Positions 50,731-60,870 of a stretch of 64,000 nt of DNA are shown here, one piece after another. Numbering within the stretch: the stretch's first letter is position 1; each line of letters opens with the position of its first letter. The notes under the pieces are model-generated. The model worked only from the letters and a program-made list of their open reading frames with translations, ran no database searches and had not been told where the DNA came from. Both the position numbers and the translations under genes were made by a program. This DNA comes from Gammaproteobacteria bacterium (GTDB lineage Bacteria > Pseudomonadota > Gammaproteobacteria > UBA4575). The stretch spans positions 960,001-1,024,000 of the forward strand of contig CBDEUS010000001.1 in assembly GCA_965243395.1 (NCBI GenBank), given 5' to 3'.

Positions 50731-51960
50731 ATGCAAACTTCTTTTTCTTCAGATTTTATTAAATCTAAAGACGGTGAACGCGTGAATGAGATATTACGCA
50801 ATTGCGTACACTGTGGATTCTGTAATGCAACCTGCCCTACCTACCAACTAACAGGCGATGAATTAGACGGACCACGCGGGCGTATCTATTTAATTAAAAA
50901 CTTCTTTGAAGATCAATCCAAAGAAGATGATGAATCTTCATCTAATTATAACGTTGGTTTAAAGCATATTGATCGGTGTCTAACTTGTTTATCCTGCGAA
51001 ACCACTTGTCCATCTGGTGTGAAATATGGGGAATTAGTCGACATTGGTCGAAAACATATTAACTCAAGCGTAAAACGCAGTTTTCTAGACAAAATAAAAC
51101 GAAAATTAATAATTCAGTGGCTTTCAAGTCCTAAAAAGAGTTCTTTTGTATTTGCATTAGCCAGAATAGCAAAACCCTTTATGCCGATACGACTGGCACA
51201 AAAAATCCCTGCTAATACGAAACTAAAAAATGATCAAAAATCGACTTGTATAAACCCTAAAAAACGCACTTTAACCATTAAAGGCTGCGTCCAAGCAGTT
51301 GCGGCTCCTCAAATTAACCAAGCAGCAAAGATAGCCTTGGCCAACTCTGAAATTCAATGTGATGACTCACGAAGTGAATGTTGTGGAGCACTCGCATTCC
51401 ATTTGACGGACTTGAATAAAGCCTATGCAACAATACGAAAGAATATTGATGAATGGTATGTAAAATTAAATGATGACTACGAATATTTAGTAATAACTTC
51501 AAGTGGTTGCAGTAATTTTATAAAGCAATATATTACTATCATGCAAGATGATTCTAATTACGCAGATAAAGCAAAGTTCATCTCAGAACACTGTCTAGAT
51601 CTGGCTGAGCTTGCACCTGAATTAAATCTATCGAAAGCGGATGCAGAAAATAAACTTATCGCATTCCATAGTCCTTGTACGCTGCAACATGGACAAAATA
51701 TAAAAGATGGAATTGAAAATAAACTCGTTGAAGCTGGATATCATTTAACAGGGGTCCAGAATTCACATATATGTTGTGGCTCGGCAGGCAGTTATTCATT
51801 GCTTGAACCTGAATTATCCGCCCAGCTTCTCAAAAACAAAGTGGCTGAATTAGAAAGTAATCAACCTGACATGATTGTAACTGCCAATATAGGCTGTCTT
51901 ATGCATCTTCAATCAGCATCAAGGGTACCTGTTAAACACTGGGCAGAATTGCTCGATTAA
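50731..51960 (+). CDS. glcF: Glycolate oxidase Fe-S subunit
   Basis: CVHCGFCNATCP, CLTCLSCETTCP and two CCG domains; start ATG 50731. Confidence 0.93.
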   Translation: MQTSFSSDFIKSKDGERVNEILRNCVHCGFCNATCPTYQLTGDELDGPRGRIYLIKNFFEDQSKEDDESSSNYNVGLKHIDRCLTCLSCETTCPSGVKYGELVDIGRKHINSSVKRSFLDKIKRKLIIQWLSSPKKSSFVFALARIAKPFMPIRLAQKIPANTKLKNDQKSTCINPKKRTLTIKGCVQAVAAPQINQAAKIALANSEIQCDDSRSECCGALAFHLTDLNKAYATIRKNIDEWYVKLNDDYEYLVITSSGCSNFIKQYITIMQDDSNYADKAKFISEHCLDLAELAPELNLSKADAENKLIAFHSPCTLQHGQNIKDGIENKLVEAGYHLTGVQNSHICCGSAGSYSLLEPELSAQLLKNKVAELESNQPDMIVTANIGCLMHLQSASRVPVKHWAELLD

Positions 51961-51984
51961 TAAGAACATTTCAGTTTAGTACTT

Positions 51985-53184
51985 ATGGATACAGAGCTAA
52001 TAAATCTGAGCATATCTTCTTCAGAATCTATTATTTTTTCCATATTTATAATTTTTACCAGTGCAGCAATTTTGGCGACTATTGCTTTATTTGCTCGCCA
52101 AGCACTACTGGTTGCCTATATTGCTGTAGGTATTTTATTGGGACCTTCAGTTTTAAATTTTGTACCTGATACAGAATTTTCCCGCCAAATTGCAAAAGTT
52201 GGAATCATGTTTTTATTGTTTTTGTTAGGTTTAAATTTACACCCCCAAAAACTTATTGCATCGATCAAACAATCCACATTAATTACTTTATTTGCTTCAT
52301 TAGTTTTTGCATTTATAGGCTTTATAGCAGCTTGGCTTTTAGAATTATCTCGCATAGATCAACTAGTCATTGCAGGTGCTTTTATGTTTTCAAGCACTAT
52401 TATCGGGCTAAAACTATTACCCACCACCGTATTACACCATCAGCATGTGGGTGAGATCATAATCAGTATTCTGTTACTTCAAGATATCTTGGCGATAATT
52501 CTTTTATTATTAATTGAAACACAAGGCACAAACGCTAATACTCTGTATGCTCTAGGAAAACTTTCTCTTGCATTACCTGGCCTCATAGCGTTTGCATTTA
52601 TTGTTGAACGTTTCATTATCATTAAACTGATGAGCAAATTCGATAAGATCAAAGAATATATTTTCTTGCTCGCAATTGGTTGGTGTTTAGGTATTGCAGA
52701 ACTTGCCCACTATATAGGCCTCTCTCATGAAACAGGCGCATTTATAGCTGGAGTATCTATAGCAGTTGGCCCTATTTCATTTTATATCTCTGAAAGTTTA
52801 AAACCTATTCGTGACTTCTTTTTGGTTATTTTCTTTTTTTCATTGGGCGCAAGCCTAGATATAGGACTTGCTTGGGAACTACTCATACCAGCAACTATTA
52901 CGGCTATAATTTTACTTCTTATCAAACCCTATGTATTTAAGTTTCTAATTTATAAAAGTGGTGAATCAAATGAAGATTCAAAAGAAATCGGTGTGCGCTT
53001 AGGTCAGTTAAGTGAATTTTCATTACTCTTGGGATTTGTTGCCTTAAGTGCGGGCATCATCTCATTAAAAGCCGCTAATTTTATTCAAGTTTGTACAATT
53101 GTAAGCTTTATTCTCTCAACATATTTAATCGTCTTAAAATATCCAACACCTATAGCAATCTCGGATAAATTAAGAAGAGATTAA
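51985..53184 (+). CDS. CPA2 cation:proton antiporter (no RCK domain)
   Basis: GIMFLLFLLGL, FSST, LLLQD, GAFIAG and QLSEFS. Confidence 0.9.
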   Translation: MDTELINLSISSSESIIFSIFIIFTSAAILATIALFARQALLVAYIAVGILLGPSVLNFVPDTEFSRQIAKVGIMFLLFLLGLNLHPQKLIASIKQSTLITLFASLVFAFIGFIAAWLLELSRIDQLVIAGAFMFSSTIIGLKLLPTTVLHHQHVGEIIISILLLQDILAIILLLLIETQGTNANTLYALGKLSLALPGLIAFAFIVERFIIIKLMSKFDKIKEYIFLLAIGWCLGIAELAHYIGLSHETGAFIAGVSIAVGPISFYISESLKPIRDFFLVIFFFSLGASLDIGLAWELLIPATITAIILLLIKPYVFKFLIYKSGESNEDSKEIGVRLGQLSEFSLLLGFVALSAGIISLKAANFIQVCTIVSFILSTYLIVLKYPTPIAISDKLRRD

Positions 53185-53262
53185 TTCCAATATAATTCAC
53201 TTAATATTTATAGTGATAAATACTTCTAAAATACAATTCATACTCGGGATTATTAATATTCA

Positions 53263-53290
53263 TTGACTCGCATAAGCTCCGGCGTATACT
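53263..53290 (+). promoter_or_regulatory. Sigma70 promoter of the amide ABC operon
   Basis: TTGACT-16 bp-TATACT, followed by a ~130-nt leader and AGGAGG SD. Confidence 0.65.
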
Positions 53291-53427
53291 CATATATAGA
53301 TTGCATTTATATGCCTATGTAATCTTTTAAGAATACGTATCGCTCCTACAAAGCTCGATTGGATATCGCAACGATATTTATGTGTGGGGAAACTGATTCT
53401 TAAATAATAAAAATTAGGAGGTTAATC

Positions 53428-54945
53428 ATGAAGAACGATAATAAATCGGATCAACCTGCTAAGGACAGCTCTATTGAAGAATCAACAGGAAATGTTGGTC
53501 CAAAAATTTCCCGGCGTACTTTTCTGAAAGGTTCCGCAGCAGCATCTGCAGGTGCTGTGGCGCCAATGTATCTAGCTGGTGTCAGCAAATCTTTTGCTGC
53601 AAAAGGTGGACCAGTAAAAATTGGTCATATTGAAGACTTATCAGGAAACCTAGCTGTATACGGTGTGCAAAAGGACCATGCTGCACAACTAGCAGTAAAA
53701 GAAATTAATGCAGGTCTTACATTAAAAGGTGGTCCCGTAGGTTCGGGTGGATTGGGATCTATGGCGAATTTTGCTTTAAACCCTCCAGTAATGGGTCATG
53801 GCAAAGGAGACCATAAAGTTGTTGATGATGGAGGCAAACGATCCGGGGCTGGAATGGCGTTTGTTGAAGATGAAGATGTTCTTGTTGAATCTGGTGATTC
53901 CGGAATACTTGGTCGTGAAGTGGAATTAATTCATCCCGACGGACAATCTAATAATAATATTTGGCAACAACTCACACGCAAACTAATCCAGGAAGATAAA
54001 GTTGATTTACTTGTTGCAGGATTTACAAGTGCTGAACGTGAAGCCATTAGACCGATTGTAGATCAGTTTAAACAGCTTTATATCTACACTAACCAGTATG
54101 AAGGTGGTGTTGCAGATTCCAATACATTTTGTACAGGCGCGATTTGTGAACAACAAGTAATTCCTGTAGTGGATTATATGATTCAAAAATTTGGACCACG
54201 TGTGTACACCATTGCTGCTGATTATAACTTCGGACAATTAACTGCTGCTTGGACACGTGCATTTGCTCCTGTTGTAGGCGGAGAAATAATTGGAGAAGAG
54301 TTTGTTCCTCTAAGTGTTTCAGACTTCACAACTTCGATTGCAAAAGTTCAAGCCGCCAAGCCAGACTGGGTATTTACTTTGCTTGTTGGAACTAATCAAT
54401 CTAACTATTACCCACAAGCGGCAGCTGCAGGTCTTGAATATCCTATGGCATCTACTGTGAATATGGCTCAAGGCTACGAACATCGTCGCTTCAAGGCACC
54501 ATCGTTAAATCGCATGTACAACTGTGTAAATTACATAGAAGAAATTCCAACAATACGAAATCGTACATTTGTAAAACGTTGGTATGAGATGTTTCCAGAA
54601 GATCCCTATATAGGTCAGATGGCTCAAAACACTTACTTCTCAATTCATATGTATGCTAAAGCAGTAAGACTTGCTGGCACTACTGATCAAGAAGAAGTTA
54701 AGCGTGCATTTGAATCTGGGCTACATCTTGAGGCACCTGAAGGAACTGTGTTTATGGAACCTTCAACACACCACTGCTCACATTACATCCGCTTGGCAAC
54801 TGCTGATGCAGATCATAATGTTAGCTTTGTGCGTGAATGGCCAAGCATACAACCATGGTGGTTACAAAGGATTGGAGTAAATCTTGTTCGGCATAAAGAA
54901 TATAAACAATATATTCCGGATGAAGATCCTTTTTTTAAAGCATAA
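53428..54945 (+). CDS. Urea/short-chain amide ABC substrate-binding protein (UrtA/AmiC-like), Tat signal, with a 62-aa insertion
   Basis: SRRTFLK; TSAEREAIRP, YTNQYEGG and AADYNFG. Confidence 0.88.
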   Translation: MKNDNKSDQPAKDSSIEESTGNVGPKISRRTFLKGSAAASAGAVAPMYLAGVSKSFAAKGGPVKIGHIEDLSGNLAVYGVQKDHAAQLAVKEINAGLTLKGGPVGSGGLGSMANFALNPPVMGHGKGDHKVVDDGGKRSGAGMAFVEDEDVLVESGDSGILGREVELIHPDGQSNNNIWQQLTRKLIQEDKVDLLVAGFTSAEREAIRPIVDQFKQLYIYTNQYEGGVADSNTFCTGAICEQQVIPVVDYMIQKFGPRVYTIAADYNFGQLTAAWTRAFAPVVGGEIIGEEFVPLSVSDFTTSIAKVQAAKPDWVFTLLVGTNQSNYYPQAAAAGLEYPMASTVNMAQGYEHRRFKAPSLNRMYNCVNYIEEIPTIRNRTFVKRWYEMFPEDPYIGQMAQNTYFSIHMYAKAVRLAGTTDQEEVKRAFESGLHLEAPEGTVFMEPSTHHCSHYIRLATADADHNVSFVREWPSIQPWWLQRIGVNLVRHKEYKQYIPDEDPFFKA

Positions 54946-54965
54946 CAAATAACAATAAATGACAT

Positions 54966-54991
54966 GTGCCAACCAATAATTTGGTTGGCAC
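54966..54991 (+). terminator. Intercistronic hairpin after the SBP gene
   Basis: GTGCCAACCAA-taat-TTGGTTGGCAC, a perfect 11-bp stem with a short U-run; typical mRNA-stabilising or partial-terminator position. Confidence 0.7.
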
Positions 54992-55018
54992 TTTAAGTCA
55001 ATTAGCAACGGAATAGCA

Positions 55019-55930
55019 TTGTCTATGGAACTCGATGCTCTTGCACTAAGTTTAATTTATCAATTTGGTACTAATGCTGCTTATCTATTTTTAGTTGCAT
55101 TAGGACTTATCATCATTCTGGGCATGATGAATATCATTAATCTTGCTCATGGCGAACTAATGATGATGGGCGCATATGTTGCCACCATTGCGGTTAATAA
55201 TTTTGGAATTCCCTTTTTTGTATCCGTTGTTTTAAGTTTTTTTGTTGTTGCAATTTTTGGAGCAATTCTAGAACTACTCGTTGTTCGGCGATTTTATGGG
55301 CGTGAGCTTGGTGCTCTTGTTGTCACATGGGGTATCAGTCTTATATTAGGTCAAGGCACGTTACTGATATTTGAAAAACCATTTATGCCAGCAATTAAAA
55401 TTCCTGGTGGTTCGTATACATATGGTGATTTTACTTTTTCTGAATATTGGTTAGTTCTTATAGGTATCAGTGTAGCTTTAATCATAGGCCTGTACTGGAT
55501 ATATCACTATACAAGCTATGGTCTACAAGCCCGTGCGACTATGCAAAATGCAGAAATGGCAAAAGCGTTGGGTGTTCCCACGGGTCGTGTATATACGCTT
55601 ACTTTTAGCTTAGGTGCTGGACTTGCAGGCTTGAGTGGTGCGTTATTAGCACCTACAGCCACAATTGCACCTTTTATGGGTCAAAACTTTGTGGCACCTG
55701 CTTTCATAACAGTAGTAGTTGGGGGTGCCACAAATGTAATTAGCGGTGCTGTCGGAAGCAGTGTCTTGCTATCTGCAATTAAAACACCAACCGGTTTTGC
55801 ATTTGGCGCATTTCTAGGCACTGTTGCTATGTTAGTAGCAGCACTCATTATCATTCGTATCATGCCAGATGGAATTTCTGCCACCATACAGAAGTTTATG
55901 GATCGATATCGCTCTCGTCATACGTCATGA
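55019..55930 (+). CDS. ABC permease (UrtB/LivH-like)
   Basis: ALGLxIILGxMxIINLAHGE and AFITVVVGG. Confidence 0.9.
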   Translation: MSMELDALALSLIYQFGTNAAYLFLVALGLIIILGMMNIINLAHGELMMMGAYVATIAVNNFGIPFFVSVVLSFFVVAIFGAILELLVVRRFYGRELGALVVTWGISLILGQGTLLIFEKPFMPAIKIPGGSYTYGDFTFSEYWLVLIGISVALIIGLYWIYHYTSYGLQARATMQNAEMAKALGVPTGRVYTLTFSLGAGLAGLSGALLAPTATIAPFMGQNFVAPAFITVVVGGATNVISGAVGSSVLLSAIKTPTGFAFGAFLGTVAMLVAALIIIRIMPDGISATIQKFMDRYRSRHTS

Positions 55931-56967
55931 GTAGGAAGTTTATACATTTAATAGGTGGAGATTCTGATATAGGATCTTCTACAACTTTCTGGATTGGATT
56001 TGTAATTGTTGTCATATTATTTGCACTTTACCCAACTCAAGTTTCAGAATTTCGTGCATCCAATGTTGCATACTATCTATTAAATATTCCTCTCGGTCTT
56101 AGTATGGCACTGCTGTGGGGTTATTGTGGTGTTTTGAGCTTTGGTCACGTCGCTTATTTTGGTATTGCCGGTTACACCTATGGAATTATTGCAGGAAATA
56201 TGACTGGAAATTCTTTTGGGCCAATTTTAGGTGTGCTTGGAGGAATAACAGCAAGTATCTTGGTGGCTGGTGTATTTGCATACTTTGTGTTTTATGCACG
56301 TGTACGTGAATGGATCATCCCCATCCTAACTCTTGTGTTAACACTACTTCTTGAAACTTTTCTTGCACAAACAGCTGGCTACCAGTGGCGTGTAGGTTCT
56401 GTTTTGCTGGGTGGTTATAACGGGATGACAGGCATCCCTTCTTTCCAAATTGGTAGCTTTATCTTTATAGGAAATTCCTTCTATTACTTTTGCATGGGAA
56501 TCGTATTAGTTTGCTACGTGGGACTTCGCATGCTTTTAAATTCAAATTTTGGGCAAGTCGTAATTGCTATTCGAGAAGATCCTATTCGCACAGAATTGTT
56601 AGGCTATGACATTCGAGCAAGACAATGGATTATTTTTGTTTTATCAGCCGTATTAGCTTCAATAAGCGGTTTGCTTTATGTTCAGTGGGGAAATTACATA
56701 ACACCTAGCCAAGTCGGATTATTATCTGCAGCACTTCCGATTATTTGGGCTGCTGTAGGTGGGCGCACTAGCTTACTAGCAGTAGTTATTGCAACTATTA
56801 TATTAAATTGGATTACATTTACCCTATCAGCACAAGGTAATCAATATGCAATGGTAATCATAGGCGCAGCTCTTGTAATTACAATGCTATTTTTCCCAAG
56901 GGGAATCGTAATTATTATTGCAGAGTGGATTGGTAAATTTACAAATCGTTCTAAATCAATCAAATAA
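55927..56967 (+). CDS. ABC permease (UrtC/LivM-like)
   Basis: LLWGYCGVLSFGH, GGYNG, AIREDPxRxxxxGY and WAAVGGR. Confidence 0.9.
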   Translation: MSRKFIHLIGGDSDIGSSTTFWIGFVIVVILFALYPTQVSEFRASNVAYYLLNIPLGLSMALLWGYCGVLSFGHVAYFGIAGYTYGIIAGNMTGNSFGPILGVLGGITASILVAGVFAYFVFYARVREWIIPILTLVLTLLLETFLAQTAGYQWRVGSVLLGGYNGMTGIPSFQIGSFIFIGNSFYYFCMGIVLVCYVGLRMLLNSNFGQVVIAIREDPIRTELLGYDIRARQWIIFVLSAVLASISGLLYVQWGNYITPSQVGLLSAALPIIWAAVGGRTSLLAVVIATIILNWITFTLSAQGNQYAMVIIGAALVITMLFFPRGIVIIIAEWIGKFTNRSKSIK

Positions 56968-56975
56968 TCATCAGC

Positions 56976-57710
56976 ATGAATAACTCAATTGCAATCGAAA
57001 CACAAAAAGTTAATAAACGATTCGGGGGCGTAGTTGCTGCGAGTGATGTGGATTTTAAAATTAAAGCTGGTGAGTTACGTTGTATTATTGGTCCCAACGG
57101 CGCAGGTAAATCAACATTATTTGCTCTTCTCTGCGGTATCCAACGTGCAGATAGCGGAAAAATATTAATTCACGGGCAAGATGTTACACATTTTCAACCT
57201 TTTAAGAGAATTCGGCTAGGTATTGGGTTAACTTTTCAAACAACTCGAGCGTATCAAGAACTTAGTGTTAAACAAAACCTTGAAATTCCAAACCCAAATT
57301 TAATTGAAAATAGAGATTCAAACCAAAAAGGTAAAGAACGTCTTGAAATCGCGCTTGAAGGATTTGGCTTAGATCCAAATGATGAGACTTACGCGAGCGA
57401 ATTACCACATCACAAATTGCACTGGCTTGCAATCTCGATGGTTTTAGCAAGTTACCCAGACACAGTACTTATAGATGAACCAACAGCGGGAATGTCTCGT
57501 AACGAGACAGATCGTACTGCGGAAGTTTTTAAACAGCTAAACAAAAATGGATTAACCATTGTAGTTGTTGAACATGATATGCACTTTGTTAAAAGTGTTG
57601 CAGAAAAAGTTACAGTATTACATCAAGGGCGTATTTTTATGGAGGGTAACGTTGCAGATGTAACTACAAATGAAGATGTGAAAAAAATATATCTTGGTCA
57701 TACACACTAA
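56976..57710 (+). CDS. ABC ATP-binding protein (UrtD/LivG-like)
   Basis: GPNGAGKS, IDEPTAGM, VEHDM and YLG; degenerate signature LPHHK. Confidence 0.9.
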   Translation: MNNSIAIETQKVNKRFGGVVAASDVDFKIKAGELRCIIGPNGAGKSTLFALLCGIQRADSGKILIHGQDVTHFQPFKRIRLGIGLTFQTTRAYQELSVKQNLEIPNPNLIENRDSNQKGKERLEIALEGFGLDPNDETYASELPHHKLHWLAISMVLASYPDTVLIDEPTAGMSRNETDRTAEVFKQLNKNGLTIVVVEHDMHFVKSVAEKVTVLHQGRIFMEGNVADVTTNEDVKKIYLGHTH

Positions 57711-57715
57711 TTAAT

Positions 57716-58420
57716 ATGAGTATTTTAAACGTAAAAAATATAACTTCTGGTTACCAAAGTGCAGATGTTTTAAGAGGTGTAAGTATTACAATTACAGAAG
57801 GTGAAATCGTATCGATCATTGGCCGCAATGGAGTTGGTAAAACTACTTTAGTGCGCACTGTCATGGGTTTGTTACCCGCACGTGCAGGTCAAATTGAATT
57901 CAACGGAAAAAATATAACTACTGATTCCGCTGATCATCGTGCAAGACAAGGTATTGGTTATGTCCCACAAGGGCGGGAAATTTTTCCTGAACTTACTGTA
58001 CAAGAAAACTTAAAAATGGGTGGGTTTGTAGGAACAAAAGAAAATAAACTTAATTTTGAATTAGTTTTTAAATATTTCCCTATCTTGAAAGAACGATTAA
58101 GCCAGAGAGGCGGAACCTTAAGTGGCGGACAACAAGAAATGCTCGCGATTGCACGCGCATTAATTAAGCAGCCTAAGCTTTTGATATTAGACGAACCAAG
58201 TGATGGTGTGCAACCAAGTATAATTGAAGAAATCGGACAATTTCTTTTGAAGCTAAAAGAATCAAGTATTTTCTCTGTGTTACTTGTAGAGCAGAATTTT
58301 GATTTACTTCAAACCGTATCTGACCGAGCGTATGCCATGGAAAAAGGTGTCGTAGCTAGTCAATTAAGCTCTGAAGATTTAAGTAATGATGAAATACTTA
58401 TCACTCACATTGCAGTTTGA
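57716..58420 (+). CDS. ABC ATP-binding protein (UrtE/LivF-like)
   Basis: GRNGVGKT, YVPQGREIF, LSGGQQ and LDEP. Confidence 0.92.
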   Translation: MSILNVKNITSGYQSADVLRGVSITITEGEIVSIIGRNGVGKTTLVRTVMGLLPARAGQIEFNGKNITTDSADHRARQGIGYVPQGREIFPELTVQENLKMGGFVGTKENKLNFELVFKYFPILKERLSQRGGTLSGGQQEMLAIARALIKQPKLLILDEPSDGVQPSIIEEIGQFLLKLKESSIFSVLLVEQNFDLLQTVSDRAYAMEKGVVASQLSSEDLSNDEILITHIAV

Positions 58421-58469
58421 AAAATAACTTATTAAATAATGAAATAAAATAAATCGCGAGGTAAATGCT

Positions 58470-59483
58470 ATGGAGATGATTATTAGACAATATCCAAACG
58501 ATTGGGTAGAAAATTCAATCATGTATCAACGTGGTGTTGGTAAAGGTTCAAGTGGTGTTACACACAATTTAACCGAAGAACTACAAGGAACCTATATATA
58601 TACAATGGGACCTTACTCTGATCCTGTTTTACACATTAAACCTGGTGATCAAGTAGTAGTAGAAACAAAAGATGCGTTTGAAGGAGCAATTCAATCGGAA
58701 AGTGATAAACCATCGGAATTATTAAAAATGCCTTTTTTAAATCCACAAGCTGGACCTATTATGATTGAAGGTGCTGAACCGGGTGACGCAGTAGCCGTAC
58801 ATATTGAATCGATGGAACCGCGTGGACCAAAACCTCAAGGTACTTGCTGCATGATTAAAGAATTTGGTGCACTAACAGGAACATATTACACAGCTACACT
58901 TAATGAACCATTACCGGAAAAAGTTCGCAAAATCGACATAGACGAAAATAATGTATATTGGAGCGATAAAGTTACTCTTCCCTATCGACCACATATTGGC
59001 ACACTTTCACTGTCACCAGAAATCGATTCCATTAATTCTCTAACACCGGATAATCATGGTGGCAATATGGATCTACCCGATATGGGACCAGGTACCATTA
59101 CCTATCTGCCAGTACGGTCACCTGGTGGAAGACTTTTCATAGGTGATGCACATGCATGCCAAGGTGATGGTGAAGTATGTGGTGTAGCCGTTGAATATCC
59201 AACAGTAACCACCATAACGGTAGACCTAATAAAAGGATATTCTATTGAATGGCCGAGACTTGAAGCTGATGATTTCATTATGGGAATTGGTAGTACTCGA
59301 CCTTTAGAAGACGCTACAAGAATTGCTTATCGCGAATTAATATATTGGATGGAAAATGAATATAACTTTGATCGCTGGGATGCCTATATGATGTTAAGTC
59401 AATGCGGAAAAGTTCGATTAGGCAATTTTGTAGATCCTAAATATACAGTTGGTGCTGCACTACCTAAAAAATACTTAACTTAA
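58470..59483 (+). CDS. Acetamidase/formamidase-family amidase
   Basis: NPQxGPI, HGGNMD and GDAHACQGDGE.CG.AVE; strongly resembles (from memory) the Klebsiella oxytoca enantioselective amidase. Confidence 0.9.
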   Translation: MEMIIRQYPNDWVENSIMYQRGVGKGSSGVTHNLTEELQGTYIYTMGPYSDPVLHIKPGDQVVVETKDAFEGAIQSESDKPSELLKMPFLNPQAGPIMIEGAEPGDAVAVHIESMEPRGPKPQGTCCMIKEFGALTGTYYTATLNEPLPEKVRKIDIDENNVYWSDKVTLPYRPHIGTLSLSPEIDSINSLTPDNHGGNMDLPDMGPGTITYLPVRSPGGRLFIGDAHACQGDGEVCGVAVEYPTVTTITVDLIKGYSIEWPRLEADDFIMGIGSTRPLEDATRIAYRELIYWMENEYNFDRWDAYMMLSQCGKVRLGNFVDPKYTVGAALPKKYLT

Positions 59484-60658
59484 TTAATTAGTAACATTTG
59501 TGGACTCAGTTGATCTAACGTTGTACAACCAAGTTGACCCAACGCTCTATCTATCTCAGTAGTTAATATAGATAGAGCGTGATTCACTCCATCATGACCA
59601 CCTGCAGCTAGTCCAAATAAAGTTGCACGTCCAATCATAACTGCATGTGCTCCTAAAGCCATTGCTTTTAACACATCCGTACCTCGCTGAAATCCACCAT
59701 CAATAATGATTGTAATCTTATCCCCTACTGCCTCAACAATTTCAGGTAAAACTTCAATCGTTGATACACAACTATCCAATTGTCTCCCTCCATGATTACT
59801 AATAATAATTCCATCACAACCTAGTTCCACAGCACGAAGAGCATCCGCAGAATTTAATATCCCCTTTAAAATTAACTTTCTTGGCCATTTTTCACGCAAC
59901 CATGCAACATCATTCCATGAAATTTCTGGTGCAAATAATTTTGGAAAAATTGCCACGCCACCTTTTGCAGTTTTTGCTTCAGGTGGCATGAAATTGACTA
60001 TATTTTCAAAGCGAGGCACTCCATGTGGAACTAACACATCAAATATCCATCGAGGATGACATGCCACATCTATCATATTACGTAAATTGAGTTTTGCAGG
60101 GGCTCTATAATTTCGCTTGTCCCATTCACGGTTTCCAAATATGTTTGCGTCCGTTGTAAATACTAATGCTTCATAATTTGCCTTTTCGGCGCGCTGCAAA
60201 ATATTACGAGTGATCTCTCGATCAGTCATAATATAAAGTTGCATCCACAATCTATTATCCACCTCGCTGGCAACTTCTTCCAAACTTACATTCGAGACTG
60301 TACTTAAACAAAAAGGTATATTATTTTTTTTGGCGGCTGACGCGAGCGCGATATCTGCACGGTGATGAAGCATGCCATTTAACCCAGTAGGGGCAATTAT
60401 TAATGGTGATTGAGACTCTTCGTCAAATAAGGTAATACGTTGATGCCTTATACTCGTATCAACTAATGTATTAGGCCTGAAACGAATTTTTCTAAGTGAT
60501 TCTCGATTCCAATTTAATGAATTTTCTTCTTCGGCCCCACCAACTACATACTCTAGTGCAAAATTTGGTATTCGTTTACGTGCAACCTCATAGAGTTCAT
60601 CTATTGAGACAGCTTTTCTAAAATCCTTCCCTGAATAAAACTTACGTTTAAGAGGCAT
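59480..60658 (-). CDS. FMN-dependent alpha-hydroxy-acid oxidase/dehydrogenase (LldD/MdlB family)
   Basis: IAPTG, WMQLY, LKGI, SNHGGRQLD and DGG..RGTDVLKA. Confidence 0.93.
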   Translation of the reverse strand: MPLKRKFYSGKDFRKAVSIDELYEVARKRIPNFALEYVVGGAEEENSLNWNRESLRKIRFRPNTLVDTSIRHQRITLFDEESQSPLIIAPTGLNGMLHHRADIALASAAKKNNIPFCLSTVSNVSLEEVASEVDNRLWMQLYIMTDREITRNILQRAEKANYEALVFTTDANIFGNREWDKRNYRAPAKLNLRNMIDVACHPRWIFDVLVPHGVPRFENIVNFMPPEAKTAKGGVAIFPKLFAPEISWNDVAWLREKWPRKLILKGILNSADALRAVELGCDGIIISNHGGRQLDSCVSTIEVLPEIVEAVGDKITIIIDGGFQRGTDVLKAMALGAHAVMIGRATLFGLAAGGHDGVNHALSILTTEIDRALGQLGCTTLDQLSPQMLLIN

Positions 60659-60870
60659 TAGAATGAGTCGTCAATTAATCTACAGTTAATATGACGCGTT
60701 TTGCCTAAATTATCTATATGGAAATTATTGAGGTAATTCAACAAGATATAGTACTTAGCCATGTATAGGGTCGTCTATCGCCTCTAACGTACTTCATAAT
60801 CTAAAATATCCTACTTTGACAAATCCTTCAGATATATTGAGGCTAAGCTCTGTTAAACCAGGAAAATCAC

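Noticed and set aside
53291-53427. ANTAR/AmiR dual-hairpin leader before the amide ABC operon
   Set aside because: Hairpins exist (AGATTGCAT/ATGTAATCT; ATATCG/CGATAT) but lack tandem hexaloops and a terminator, and no AmiR gene is nearby
53716-53901. Intein in the SBP insertion
   Set aside because: No N-terminal Cys/Ser or C-terminal His-Asn, and too short
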